64,000 nt of DNA from Tolypothrix carrinoi HA7290-LM1 (GCA_019358935.1 JAHHIK010000026.1:1-64000); one strand, 5' to 3'; shown: positions 31,501 through 42,307, counted from the stretch's first letter. Notes: generated from the letters alone by a model not told the origin. Numbers and translations are program-made.

Positions 31501-31965
31501 GTGGTTGTATTGACATTAGAATATTTAAGCGTTCTGGTACTACACGGACCAAACCTAAATCTACTAGGACAGCGAGAACCAGGAATTTATGGTTCACTCA
31601 GTTTGGCGGAAATTAATCGCCTGTTAGAAGAAGAAGGAAAAAAACTACAGGCGAATGTTTCTTGCTTGCAGTCAAATCATGAAGGAGTTTTGGTAGATGC
31701 GATTCATGGCGCGTTAGGGCAACATCAAGGAATTTTAATTAACGCCGGGGCGTATACTCATACAAGTGTGGCATTGCGAGATGCGATCGCCGCTGTGAAT
31801 TTACCAACAGTAGAAGTACATTTAAGTAACATCTACCGTAGGGAAGAATTTCGGCATCATTCATATATAGCACCAGTGGCGATCGGGCAAATAAGTGGTT
31901 TTGGTGTCCAAAGCTATTTATTAGGTTTACAAGCGTTGGTACATCATTTAAGAAATAAAACTTAA
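31501..31965 (+). CDS. aroQ: Type II 3-dehydroquinate dehydratase
   Basis: [32 protein letters not shown] and EVHLSN motifs. Start uncertain (GTG 31501 or TTG 31510). Confidence 0.95.
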   Translation: MVVLTLEYLSVLVLHGPNLNLLGQREPGIYGSLSLAEINRLLEEEGKKLQANVSCLQSNHEGVLVDAIHGALGQHQGILINAGAYTHTSVALRDAIAAVNLPTVEVHLSNIYRREEFRHHSYIAPVAIGQISGFGVQSYLLGLQALVHHLRNKT

Positions 31966-32012
31966 AATTTCAGACTATTGAATATGGGCGGGGGAAAGAG
32001 TGCCCCTACTTT

Positions 32013-32927
32013 ATGCGCTATTCTCTGGAAAGTCGGTTTAGAGGTACAATAATCGGGGCGTTTGTTGGGGATTTAGCCTTCGGTAGTTTTGATGTGCCGA
32101 AAAATTGGCATGAAATTGCGCTTTTAGGTGTGGAAAGTTTAATAACGACTTCGCAACTGAATTTAGATGATTGGATTTGCCGTCAAAAAGCAGAATTTCC
32201 TCATTTAGATAGTAGTTGCGTTTCCTTAAAAGCGATTATTGCTACTTTGCCAGTGGCGCTGTTTTACTTTGACAATACAGTTAAGCTAAGACAAAACTTG
32301 AGTCAGGCGATCGCAATCTGGGATCAAGATTTAGTAGTGCGCGATGGTACACTAGCAGTAGGCTATGCGATCGCTCAATGCTTAACTGAAAAACTAGATA
32401 TAAAAACCCTCATACCTCAAACAATTGACTTTATTGGCGAAACGCCAACTGCTTTACCACAAACTTTATTAAAAGTCAATAATTTATTACTTCAGGGTGC
32501 TGGATTAGAAAGAGTACAAGGGGCGTTAAGCCGAGAAGAAAAGCTAAGTAAAGCTGTTGCTATGGCGTTTTACTGCTTTCTTAGTACCTTAGAAGACTTC
32601 CGTTTGTCAATTTTGCGGGCTACTAACAACAGCGATGCACTGCCCGCTACAGGTGCAATTACTGGTGCTTTATCAGGGGCTTACAACAGCATCACGGGCA
32701 TTCCCGTAAGTTGGCAGATGAAGTTATCTTCAGCAAATTCGACAACATCAAGAGCGAGCAACCGCAAGCAGATGATAGAATTAGCTGATGGACTGGTGGC
32801 TGTCTGGTCAGGAGCGTATGACCTTGCCTCATATCCAGAGGATTTACAAAAACAGGGACATGCAATGTCTGACAAACAGGGTACGCTATGCGTCAGTGCA
32901 GCTCCTCGCGTCATTCGGTTGCGTTAA
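32013..32927 (+). CDS. ADP-ribosylglycohydrolase-like protein (divergent)
   Basis: RFRGTIIGAFVGD N-terminus and GAITGALSGAYN..TGIP..W C-terminal signature. Confidence 0.75.
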   Translation: MRYSLESRFRGTIIGAFVGDLAFGSFDVPKNWHEIALLGVESLITTSQLNLDDWICRQKAEFPHLDSSCVSLKAIIATLPVALFYFDNTVKLRQNLSQAIAIWDQDLVVRDGTLAVGYAIAQCLTEKLDIKTLIPQTIDFIGETPTALPQTLLKVNNLLLQGAGLERVQGALSREEKLSKAVAMAFYCFLSTLEDFRLSILRATNNSDALPATGAITGALSGAYNSITGIPVSWQMKLSSANSTTSRASNRKQMIELADGLVAVWSGAYDLASYPEDLQKQGHAMSDKQGTLCVSAAPRVIRLR

Positions 32928-33280
32928 TCATCAGAATTGGGAATTGGGAAAAAGGTAATGGGTAATAGGTAATGGGTAATGGGTAATAGGTAATAGGTAA
33001 TAGGTAATGGGGAAGATATCGCTCCCCCTCTCCCACTCCCCCCCCTGCCCCCCCTGCCCCCCCTGCCCTCTTCAATTTCCCCAACCGGAAAATTTTAGTG
33101 ATATTTTATATAGGTACTGTACGGGAAACGCTAAAGCTTATTCTTTAGATAGCTATTGTGGCAAATCAACTTAAATTTGAGTATCGCGAGTGAAGTTTCT
33201 ATGGATAGAAAAGTGCGATCGCATGAATGTCAGGGTATCTTGTTTTAAGCTATCAAAGTAAGTAACTGCGGTCATAGGTA

Positions 33281-35884
33281 ATGAAAACGCAGCCATTTCT
33301 TCAATCAATGACCGATAAATTGACCCACTGGCAACGACGTTACAAGACGCTACTAAATAAACGACACTTGCTTGGAAGAACAGGTGTCATCAATGATTTT
33401 CTGCCGGATTTATCTGAAACAAGCGATTCAGGCGATCGGCAAAAACTAAGAGTTTCCAGATCGATGGCGGCGTATAAAACTAATAGAGGCACTTGTGTAA
33501 GCAGATTGGGCTATATTCACCAACGCACCCCGGTTATTTTTGCGATCGCATTAGTGTCCCTCACAGGCGTGATGGGGCATAAATTATACAACACAACAAA
33601 GCTGAAAGCAGGGACTATCGCACCACTAACGATGAAAGCTCCCTACTCAGCTAACATTGAAGATAAGAAAAAAACCGAGCAAGAGCGCAAAGCCGCTACT
33701 AAAAGTTCCTTATCAGTGTTAATGGTCGATGCACAAGTTAACGAAAAAATTCGTCAAGATTTGCAACGATTTTTGGATACGGGTAACGAAATTCGTGCAA
33801 CTGCCGGGTATTTTCCTTTTTTTGACACTTTAGTTTTACCTGTTTCTACCCAGCGTTATCTGCGTTCTTGTTCTAATTCTGAATGGCAAACGCTGCTAAA
33901 AGCCGTAGGGAATACGAACGTGCAGCCGAAGTTCGCACTCAAAACTCAAAAGCAAAGCAGTAAAATTGCCGTCATTAAAACGGCTATAGAAGTGCAAAAA
34001 GATACAATTTTTCTACAGACTGCCGGCGGAAAACTTGATAATATTTCCCAAAAACCTGACTTTGCTCAAGCAGTGGCGGAATTAGAAACTTACCGTTTGA
34101 CGACTTCACAGCAAAACTTGTCCTCACTCACCGCTCAAATCTCCCAAGCCCGCCAAGCATACGCTCAAGCAAACGCCAAACTGTTACAGCTTAAGGCTGT
34201 TAACCCGAAAACAGTATATAATGACACTTTTATTTTGAACTTGTCAGATGAGGACTGGGGAAAAACAGAAACGGGAATTCAACAAAGTGCAGAGCGGATT
34301 CTCGCCCAAGGTATCCCACTAGGACTGCCGCCAAATATCTTACAAGATGCCGTGAGGCTACAAGTGCAGACATCAGTACCACAAGAAGCCGAGTCTTTAG
34401 CAAGAAAACTTTTGCTGATTGTACTCAAACCGAATCTTAAGAAAGATGAAGAACTAAGCAAACAAAGTGGGGCACAAGCTGCTGCTGGTGTGAAACCTGT
34501 GATGGTGTCGATGCGGCAAGGTGAGGTAATTGTCAAAAAAGGAGAGACGATTACTGCTTGGGACTTTGAGGTGCTAGAGCATTATCATTTAGTACGGCGG
34601 GAGATTAACTGGCTGGGTTTGACGAAGCTGGGAGGCTTTGTTAGCGTATATATTGGCATTTTTGCTTTGGTGGAACGGCGAATTAAAACAAAAATGCGGC
34701 AACGCGATCGCCTGTTAATATTGTTGCTGACTATAAGTGTGCCCGGAGTGCTAATAGGTACACCTTATACTACTTGGAGCGCCATTGGTTTATTGTTGGG
34801 TAGCTTCTACGGAGCTAATTTAGGTATAACAGTTATCGGATTGCTGGCTTTACATTTACCATTTAGCTTGGAAATTAGTAGGACTGTGCTTTGGAGTGGT
34901 GCTGCTGGGGGAATACTTGGTAGTTGTATCGCCAAACGTTTGCGATCGCGTGAGGAACTTGCACTTCTTAGCGTCGGTGTTGCCTTAACTCAAGGTGGCG
35001 TTTATCTGATATTCAAGCTGTTAGTCGGTGCAGCATTTGGTTCAGGCTGGTATATCGTACTTAGAGAAGCCGGGTTCTTTGCTTTATCCGGCTTAGTTTG
35101 GAGTGTTGTTGCCTTGGGCTTGAGTCCTTATTTAGAAAAACTTTTTGATTTAGTCACCCCGATTCGTTTAGCAGAACTGGCGAATCCGAACCGTTCTTTG
35201 TTAAAACAACTCGCGACAAAAACTCCTGGGACTTTTCAGCATACCTTGTTTGTGGCTACTCTTGCCGAAGCTGCTGCCAAACACCTTAAATGCAATGTCG
35301 AATTGGTGAGAGCCGGCACATTATACCATGATATTGGGAAAATGCATGACCCTTTGGGATTTATTGAAAATCAAATGGGGGGACCAAATAAACACGACAC
35401 GGAAATAAACGATCCTTGGAAAAGTGCGAAAATTATCAAAAAGCACGTCAGTGAAGGATTGGCGATGGCGCGAAAACACAGCTTACCTACAGCGATTCAA
35501 GCTTTTATTCCCGAACATCAGGGAACAATGCTAATCGCTTATTTTTATCATCAAGCGCAGCAAATGGCAAAAGAAAATCCAAATTTAACAGTGAACGAAG
35601 CGGATTTTCGCTACGATGGACCGATTCCCCAGTCGCGGGAAACAGCAATTGTGATGTTAGCAGACTCTTGCGAAGCAGCGCTGCGATCGCTTAAAGATGT
35701 TACTCCAGAACAAGCTTTAGCGATGGTTAACAACATCCTCCGTGCGAGATGGCAAGATAATCAACTGCTAGATTCAGGTTTAACACGAGAGGAAATGTCA
35801 CAAATTGCCGAAATTTTTGTCGAAGTTTGGCAGCAATTTCATCATAAACGCATTGCTTATCCTAAGTTCAAGCCTTGCAATTAA
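33281..35884 (+). CDS. 7TM-HD phosphohydrolase (PgpH-like, putative cyclic-di-AMP phosphodiesterase)
   Basis: Extracytoplasmic domain, TM bundle, PGTFQH, YHDIGK, EHQGT, YDGPIPQS and MLADSCEAA motifs. Confidence 0.85.
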   Translation: MKTQPFLQSMTDKLTHWQRRYKTLLNKRHLLGRTGVINDFLPDLSETSDSGDRQKLRVSRSMAAYKTNRGTCVSRLGYIHQRTPVIFAIALVSLTGVMGHKLYNTTKLKAGTIAPLTMKAPYSANIEDKKKTEQERKAATKSSLSVLMVDAQVNEKIRQDLQRFLDTGNEIRATAGYFPFFDTLVLPVSTQRYLRSCSNSEWQTLLKAVGNTNVQPKFALKTQKQSSKIAVIKTAIEVQKDTIFLQTAGGKLDNISQKPDFAQAVAELETYRLTTSQQNLSSLTAQISQARQAYAQANAKLLQLKAVNPKTVYNDTFILNLSDEDWGKTETGIQQSAERILAQGIPLGLPPNILQDAVRLQVQTSVPQEAESLARKLLLIVLKPNLKKDEELSKQSGAQAAAGVKPVMVSMRQGEVIVKKGETITAWDFEVLEHYHLVRREINWLGLTKLGGFVSVYIGIFALVERRIKTKMRQRDRLLILLLTISVPGVLIGTPYTTWSAIGLLLGSFYGANLGITVIGLLALHLPFSLEISRTVLWSGAAGGILGSCIAKRLRSREELALLSVGVALTQGGVYLIFKLLVGAAFGSGWYIVLREAGFFALSGLVWSVVALGLSPYLEKLFDLVTPIRLAELANPNRSLLKQLATKTPGTFQHTLFVATLAEAAAKHLKCNVELVRAGTLYHDIGKMHDPLGFIENQMGGPNKHDTEINDPWKSAKIIKKHVSEGLAMARKHSLPTAIQAFIPEHQGTMLIAYFYHQAQQMAKENPNLTVNEADFRYDGPIPQSRETAIVMLADSCEAALRSLKDVTPEQALAMVNNILRARWQDNQLLDSGLTREEMSQIAEIFVEVWQQFHHKRIAYPKFKPCN

Positions 35885-36372
35885 AAGTGACGATATTTAC
35901 ATTTTTGTTGTAAATGTCTATTAAAAATTAGAAGAATGCTTTCTTAATATCAGTAGTTAACAAGATAATGACACAAATTTTAGCATAATTTGGGTATTGT
36001 CTTGCTTATCTAAAATAGAATTTTCAGATTTAATGTATAAATAACAACTATAAAGTTTTATCTATAACTGAAAAATTCATGCGGACATAATTGAGAATTT
36101 ATAATTATTTTCAGATGGGGATTTAAATCCCACCCAATTAAAACTACTTTATTAGGCACCGGGTACAAACCCATTTTTAATTATGAATTATGAATTAATA
36201 ATTATTAATTAAGTTGAATACCTATAGTATGACTGAGAGTACTGATGCTGGCTAGAATGGCAGGATATAAATATAAAGGATGTCTATTAACCGGCAATTT
36301 CAAAAAAACCATTGAAGCTGGATCTCGGTGTGCAAACCATTTTAGTAGCAGTAAATACTTGGAAAATATACT

Positions 36373-37539
36373 ATGTTTAGTGATAAAAAAGACATTATGA
36401 ATAAATCAGCATATATTCTCAGTCTAGGAATAGGTTGGTTTCCCAAAACACCCGGAGGTTTAGAAAGGTATATTTATGAACTAACTAAACAATTAGCAGC
36501 AAATGAAGACAAGGTAGAATTATGTGGTGTCGGATTACCAGAAGCTGAAGAAAATTTGCCGATAAAGTTGACTAACCTAGCTTCTCCAGATAGTCCAATT
36601 TGGCAACGTCTGTGGTCTATTCGCACTAACTTTGAAAAAACGAGAGTAGACACACCAGATGCAATTAATTTACATTTTGCATTGTATAGCTATCCGATTT
36701 TGAATCTTTTGCCAAAAGAAGTGCCAATTACTTTTAACTTTCATGGACCTTGGGCATCTGAAAGTCAGGAGGAAGGAGTTAATAAAGTAACCGCGTTTCT
36801 CAAGCACTGGCTGATAGAAAAAAGAGTTTATGAACGCTGCGATCGCTTCATAGTTCTCAGCAAAGCATTTGGCAATATCTTACATCAACAATATCAAGTA
36901 CCAAATGATAAAATTAACGTAATTCCTGGTGGAGTTGATATTAATCGGTTTCAACCAAATCTATCACCTAAAGAGGCTCGTAGCAAGTTAAATTGGCCCC
37001 AAGATCGCCCAGTAATATTTACATCCCGTCGTTTAGTAAATCGAATGGGGCTTGACAAATTGTTGATAGCGATCGCTACAATAAAACCGAGAATTCCTGA
37101 CGTTTGGCTGGCAATTGGTGGTCGTGGACCATTAGAAGCTGCACTAAAACAACAAACGGCAGAATTGGGACTCGACGACCACGTTCAATTCTTAGGCTTT
37201 TTACCTGATGAAGAATTACCAATAGCTTATCAAGCTGCCGATTTGAGTGTAATGCCCAGTCAATCTTTTGAAGGATTTGGATTAGCAATAGTCGAATCTT
37301 TAGCTTGTGGTACTCCAGTTGTGTGTACTCCGGTTGGGGGAATGCCAGAAATTTTAGAACCATTCTCACCACATTTAATTACTGACTCTATCGAAGTGTC
37401 AGCTATTGCCGAAAAATTAGAAGAAGTATTACTAAGAAAATTGCCAGTACCTTCACGAGAAGACTGTCGTCAATACGCTGTTACACAGTTCGACTGGCAG
37501 AAAATTGCAACTCAGGTGCGCTCGATTCTTTTAGCCTAA
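36373..37539 (+). CDS. Glycosyltransferase family 4
   Basis: GGLERY and EGFGLAIVESLACGTPVV motifs. Confidence 0.9.
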   Translation: MFSDKKDIMNKSAYILSLGIGWFPKTPGGLERYIYELTKQLAANEDKVELCGVGLPEAEENLPIKLTNLASPDSPIWQRLWSIRTNFEKTRVDTPDAINLHFALYSYPILNLLPKEVPITFNFHGPWASESQEEGVNKVTAFLKHWLIEKRVYERCDRFIVLSKAFGNILHQQYQVPNDKINVIPGGVDINRFQPNLSPKEARSKLNWPQDRPVIFTSRRLVNRMGLDKLLIAIATIKPRIPDVWLAIGGRGPLEAALKQQTAELGLDDHVQFLGFLPDEELPIAYQAADLSVMPSQSFEGFGLAIVESLACGTPVVCTPVGGMPEILEPFSPHLITDSIEVSAIAEKLEEVLLRKLPVPSREDCRQYAVTQFDWQKIATQVRSILLA

Positions 37540-37549
37540 ATAAGTATAC

Positions 37550-38695
37550 ATGAAAATTCTCTTTTTAGACCAAAGTGGTAAACCGGGTGGCGCAGAATTA
37601 TGCTTGATAGATATTGCTAAACCTTATAGCGATCGCTGTCTGGTAGGCTTATTTGCAGATGGTTCATTCAAGAATTTACTACAGCAGAATAAAATTCCCG
37701 TGCAAGTTTTAGCAACTCAAGCAATACAAGTTCGCAAAGAAAGCAGCTTGGCACAAGGTTTAGGAAGTTTAGGACAACTTGCGCCGATAATTACTAAAGT
37801 AGTTAAAATTGCGCGTGAATACGATCTAATTTATGCGAATACACAAAAAGCGTTAGTTGTGGGTGCGATCGCTAGTTTTCTCAGCCGTCGTCCTTTGGTA
37901 TATCATTTGCATGATATTCTTTCAAAGGAGCATTTTAGTAAAACTAACCGTCGCATTGCTGTAACTTGCGCCAATCTTGCATCATTAGTAATTGCCAATT
38001 CTCAAGCTAGTAAAACAGCTTTTGTGAAAGCAGGTGGACGCGCAAAGCTCACGGAAATAGTTTACAACGGCTTTGACTCGAAAAATTATCAAATTTCTGA
38101 GTCTGATGTTAAGCAATTACGGCAAGAATTAAGTTTAGAAGGACAATTTGCAGTCGGACATTTTAGCCGTCTTGCACCTTGGAAAGGACAGCATATTTTA
38201 ATTGAAGCACTTGCTAAATGTCCTCAAGAAGTCACAGTGCTTTTAGTTGGTGATGCACTGTTTGGCGAGCAAGATTATGTTGATAGTTTACATCATCAGG
38301 TAACAAATTTAGGATTGGAAAAGAGAGTCAAATTTTTAGGATTTCGTTCAGATATTCCTCAATTAATGTCAGCTTGTGACTTGGTAGCACATACCTCTAT
38401 TTCTCCAGAACCTTTTGGTAGAGTGATTGTTGAAGCGATGCTATGTGGAACACCTGTAGTTGCAGCCGCATCTGGGGGTGCAATTGAATTAGTAGAACAC
38501 GATATTAATGGTTTTTTGGCAACACCAGGAAAACCTCAAGAACTTGCACAAATAATTACCGCTTGTCTTCAAGAACCAGAAAAGACAGCGGCTATAGCTA
38601 ATAATGCGCGAATTACTGCAAGTCAGCGGTTTGATGTGGCAATTATTAATCAGCAAATTGCGGAACTACTTGAGCGTTATTTTGAATGTAAATAA
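37550..38695 (+). CDS. Glycosyltransferase family 4
   Basis: GGAE, WKGQ and EPFGRVIVEAMLCGTPVV motifs. Confidence 0.9.
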   Translation: MKILFLDQSGKPGGAELCLIDIAKPYSDRCLVGLFADGSFKNLLQQNKIPVQVLATQAIQVRKESSLAQGLGSLGQLAPIITKVVKIAREYDLIYANTQKALVVGAIASFLSRRPLVYHLHDILSKEHFSKTNRRIAVTCANLASLVIANSQASKTAFVKAGGRAKLTEIVYNGFDSKNYQISESDVKQLRQELSLEGQFAVGHFSRLAPWKGQHILIEALAKCPQEVTVLLVGDALFGEQDYVDSLHHQVTNLGLEKRVKFLGFRSDIPQLMSACDLVAHTSISPEPFGRVIVEAMLCGTPVVAAASGGAIELVEHDINGFLATPGKPQELAQIITACLQEPEKTAAIANNARITASQRFDVAIINQQIAELLERYFECK

Positions 38696-38706
38696 ACGCT
38701 CTAAAT

Positions 38707-38861
38707 GTAGTAAGCGGCTCTAGCCCTTGAAAGCGTTGGAATTGAGCGGTGAGCCAGCGCGGTCTTGGGGGTTTCCACGCCAGATGCTTCAAGTCTTTTG
38801 ACCGAACGCACTGGCTCCCCATGAGCGACTGGCTCTCCCGTTGGGTAAACCGCTCACTACG
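38707..38861. repeat. Nested hairpin elements
   Basis: Outer element GAGCCAG...CTGGC (38751-38833) contains an inverted inner copy (38777-38817); both lie inside GTAGT...GAGCGGT/ACCGCTCACTAC arms. Confidence 0.75.
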
Positions 38862-38864
38862 TAA

Positions 38865-39239
38865 TTACAAACCAACTAATTCACGAGCTTCAAAATCGTT
38901 GAGTTGTTGAACTATGGCTAATCTCGCTTCTAATTTAGCTACACTAAACTGGTTGCGGAGATATTCTAAATGAGCGATCGCATTTTGTTTTTCTGCGGTT
39001 AATCTAATCAGGGTATCGATTGACTTTTGATATTCCTGATTCACCAATAGTACTTCAAAGCGACGTGCTTTGCGTTGAGCATCATTCTTCAAATCAGATT
39101 CAAAAGCAGAAACGCGATCGGCATTGCCTTCAAATCGGTTAATTTGGTGCTGAACTGCCATCAACTGAGAGTCTACTTCATTCACTCGTTGGGCAGCTTG
39201 AGCGATCGCAGATGGATAATGACTCAGTTGCAACATCAA
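38865..39239 (-). CDS. Hypothetical coiled-coil protein
   Basis: Helical 124-aa ORF with GAGG RBS; second gene of a two-gene unit. Confidence 0.75.
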   Translation of the reverse strand: MMLQLSHYPSAIAQAAQRVNEVDSQLMAVQHQINRFEGNADRVSAFESDLKNDAQRKARRFEVLLVNQEYQKSIDTLIRLTAEKQNAIAHLEYLRNQFSVAKLEARLAIVQQLNDFEARELVGL

Positions 39240-39293
39240 AATAATTTACCTCTAACAAATCTTAATAAACAAAGCTCCGAAACTGTGCCTTAA

Positions 39294-39557
39294 CTAGGCT
39301 ACTTCCCTCAGTTGAGACGGAACACTCACCTCACCAATATTCAGTGATAGCTGTTCAGCATGAGACACTACAGCTTGCTCTAATACTTGAACTTCGATAT
39401 TCACACTCACTAAATAACTGCCAGTATCTGCACCAACCGCTTCCGCAATTAACTTAGCAATGTCCGGACGTTTCGCAGTCAGCGGATCGCGTAGAATACA
39501 ACGATCCCAGTCGTGCTTGGCAGTCGGATTGAGGCTGAGAATATAGTGTTTAATCAT
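39294..39557 (-). CDS. Hypothetical protein
   Basis: 87-aa ORF directly downstream of a TATAAT -10 and a LexA-like box. Confidence 0.75.
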   Translation of the reverse strand: MIKHYILSLNPTAKHDWDRCILRDPLTAKRPDIAKLIAEAVGADTGSYLVSVNIEVQVLEQAVVSHAEQLSLNIGEVSVPSQLREVA

Positions 39558-39640
39558 AAAACAAACCCTTGAATCATATTTCTGTGAAGGCTGTCACACA
39601 GCCTTGATCGCACTTCACCAGGCTTGGACGCTATATATAT

Positions 39641-39659
39641 ATTATAGTACTTATGTACT
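39641..39659 (-). promoter_or_regulatory. -10 box (TATAAT) abutting a cyanobacterial LexA box
   Basis: AGTACTTATGTACT (39646-39659) fits RGTAC-N3-DGTWCB on both strands. Minus-strand TATAAT at 39641-39646. Confidence 0.7.
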
Positions 39660-39842
39660 GTTTTGCCCACAAGCAAACAGCGAGTTTCCTCTCTGAAGCT
39701 GCGTTCATTCGCTAATACGGTTGGGAGGATGCGAAAACAACATCATGAAACAACTAGCTGAAGATAGTTGTTTTCACTGACTAAATAAGTAAAAAGATAG
39801 ATATATGTATATCTATCTTTTGGCAGATGAGGTTTATTTAGC

Positions 39843-40325
39843 ATGATTTCCCCTTGGCAAAGTCCGCTTCCTCTGGAAGAACACAAAACCAGCCGTGTCG
39901 TTGTCTACTTTTACAGCGACAGATTAAGCTTATGGATTCCGATAGTGTTTTTCCAGTTGATAGAGGCGATCGCGCTTCATCATAAAGGACTTTTCAACGG
40001 GGTAGAATTTTTTATTTTCTCACCTGATTTAGACCCTTGCAGTTGGGAAGAGGGGGGGATGGGGAGAGGGGGGGATGGGGAGAGGGGGAGCAGGGGGAGC
40101 AGGGGGAGCAGGGGGAGCAGGGGGAGCAGGGGGAGCAGGGGGAGCAGGGGGAGCAGGGGGAGCAGGGGGAGCAGGGGGAGCAGGGGGAGCAGGAGGAGCA
40201 GGGGGAGCAGGGGGAGAGGGGGAGTTAAAATTACCAATGCCCCATGCCCAATGCCCAATGCCCCATGCCCAATAACTAATTCACCTTGTCATCAAACTGA
40301 GATTTCAGTAATTGAGCATCATTGA
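39843..40325 (+). CDS. Possible small hypothetical protein with repeat-derived (GSR)n tail
   Basis: GAGG RBS. The first ~70 codons are non-repetitive; the rest is read-through of a nonamer array. Confidence 0.35.
   Translation: MISPWQSPLPLEEHKTSRVVVYFYSDRLSLWIPIVFFQLIEAIALHHKGLFNGVEFFIFSPDLDPCSWEEGGMGRGGDGERGSRGSRGSRGSRGSRGSRGSRGSRGSRGSRGSRGSRRSRGSRGRGGVKITNAPCPMPNAPCPITNSPCHQTEISVIEHH
40050..40272. repeat. Nonamer array (GGGGGAGCA) x14 plus heptamers
   Basis: 14 near-perfect 9-bp units at about 40084-40209. Confidence 0.95.
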
Positions 40326-42153
40326 CCCAAATCGCTTGTTGAGGCAAAGGAATAGAAACTCCCGCTTGGTCAAAGGCGATTTTCAAACGACGGCGAAATT
40401 CTCGCGCTACATCCCATTGCTTGAGGGGCTGTGTTTTAATCCATACACGAATTATCAAACCGCGATCGCCAAAATTATCTACACCCAAAACTTTCGGCGT
40501 TTCGACAATTTGCTCTTGCCATAGCGGATCTAGATCCATCTTGAAGGCAATATCTTCAATTAATTCCAAAGCCTTGTCAATATTGGTTTGATAGCTAACC
40601 GGGATATTTAAGTCTGCGCGTGACCACCGACTAGAAAGATTGGCAACAATTTTAATTTCGCTATTGGGAATTGTAATTAAGCGTCCTTCTGCATCGCGTA
40701 CCTGAGTCATCCGCAGATTCAGATTTTCTACTAAACCGCCAACTTCTCCCACATTAATCACATCGCCTAAAGCGTACTGGTCTTCCAGGATAATCAGAAA
40801 GCCGTTAATTGCGTCTTTAATTAAACTTTGCGAGGCAAGGGACAGTGCCACACCAACTAAACTGGCACCAGCAAGCAAGGGAATAACATCTATTCCCAAT
40901 ATGGTCAGAGTTAATAAAGTACCAACTACGAGCAAAGCAAAGGTAGCAATACTTTTAGTTACACCAGAAATCGTAGAAACTCGTAACTGTAGCCGTTCGG
41001 TAGTTTCCGGAGTTAGTAAAGTACTGCTGTTGATTAAAGCAGAGGCGAAGCGGTCAGTTAAAGCATAGGTAAGACGCACTGCCACATAAGTTAACAGCAG
41101 CACAATACCTACTTGCAAAGGAATTTTCGCAGCTCTGAGAATTGCGATTTGCAGCGATCGCGTGTAGGGAAATAGACCAAGGATGAAAAAACTGCCCCCT
41201 CCCCAAATCATTGCTTGCCCTAGCTGAAACAGTCGCCGCTTTGCTTCTTGAATATGTCGATTTTGCTGTCGATTCAGCTGTACCGTAATCGGTTTGGTCG
41301 CAGGTGAAGCTGGGGGAGTTGGCTGTACTGAGTTTCTAGATCGGCATTGCCACCTATACATCCCCCAACTGATGACAATCATCCCCAGTGCGACTGCGCC
41401 AGCAATTTTACTTTGGTAAATTAAAAACTCAGTTTTTCGCTCTTCTTTCGCCTGTGGTAATTTTTGCAGCAACAATTGCTTAAGTTCTTCAGCCAAACTT
41501 TCGGGGTCTTGTTGTCTGATGTTGGCATCCTCTTGTGTTACCGTCATCAGATAATTGCCATTGACGCGAATAATTGGTGAACCGTTTGCAGCGTGATCTA
41601 TCTGCACTTTCAGCTTCGCATCAGGCGTTTGAAAGTAGTTTTGGCTAATTGTATCTACAGCTTGTTGAATATCTTCTAAACGCTGTGGAAGATTTGCCCT
41701 TGTATCCGCTATCTGAAATAAACGCCGACCATCCAAATAAATTGAGTCATTGACAATTGTTTTGTCTGAGTCATAAATCTTCAATTTGGGTGATTGCAGA
41801 TCGGGCAAAAACGGTATTTGCGCCGTAGCTTTTGAGACATCAAAATTAGTGACAACCATAAAGGTGGCGATCGCCCCAATTGCAACCCAAATTAATTTTT
41901 GAAGGTGAGTCCAGCGCCGTGCGCGGGTTCCCAAGGCAGCGCGTTGCGGGGGTTCCCCCCGTTGTAGCGACTGCCGCCGCGTTGAGGAGCCAGTGCGTTG
42001 CGTATTTTCCCAAGGCACGTTTTCGGGGGAAGCTTCCCCCGAAAAGCTGCCGCCCCGTTGTAGCACCTGGCGTGCGACTGGCTCTCCCGTTGGGCGCTTA
42101 GATAGTAGAATCCGCATGGCGTAACCTGGCATAGCCAAAAATTTATAGCGCAC
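40276..42153 (-). CDS. MscS family mechanosensitive channel with in-frame repeat insertion near the N-terminus
   Basis: GASLVGVALSLASQSLIKD, GDVINVG and IPNSEI motifs. GTG start after GGAGG. Insertion at 41905-42093. Confidence 0.88.
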   Translation of the reverse strand: MRYKFLAMPGYAMRILLSKRPTGEPVARQVLQRGGSFSGEASPENVPWENTQRTGSSTRRQSLQRGEPPQRAALGTRARRWTHLQKLIWVAIGAIATFMVVTNFDVSKATAQIPFLPDLQSPKLKIYDSDKTIVNDSIYLDGRRLFQIADTRANLPQRLEDIQQAVDTISQNYFQTPDAKLKVQIDHAANGSPIIRVNGNYLMTVTQEDANIRQQDPESLAEELKQLLLQKLPQAKEERKTEFLIYQSKIAGAVALGMIVISWGMYRWQCRSRNSVQPTPPASPATKPITVQLNRQQNRHIQEAKRRLFQLGQAMIWGGGSFFILGLFPYTRSLQIAILRAAKIPLQVGIVLLLTYVAVRLTYALTDRFASALINSSTLLTPETTERLQLRVSTISGVTKSIATFALLVVGTLLTLTILGIDVIPLLAGASLVGVALSLASQSLIKDAINGFLIILEDQYALGDVINVGEVGGLVENLNLRMTQVRDAEGRLITIPNSEIKIVANLSSRWSRADLNIPVSYQTNIDKALELIEDIAFKMDLDPLWQEQIVETPKVLGVDNFGDRGLIIRVWIKTQPLKQWDVAREFRRRLKIAFDQAGVSIPLPQQAIWVNDAQLLKSQFDDKVN

Positions 42154-42307
42154 GCTCAACACCTCCTTAAGCTAAACCTACAGCCATCGTGCAAAATCAG
42201 TCTGGGTAAATGTACCTGTCTAAAGTTTAGTTTTGACAAATCTTTATAATCTAAAAGCTTAAATTTTATATATTTCATCTATCCCAAGACAGATGACGCA
42301 AAAATTG

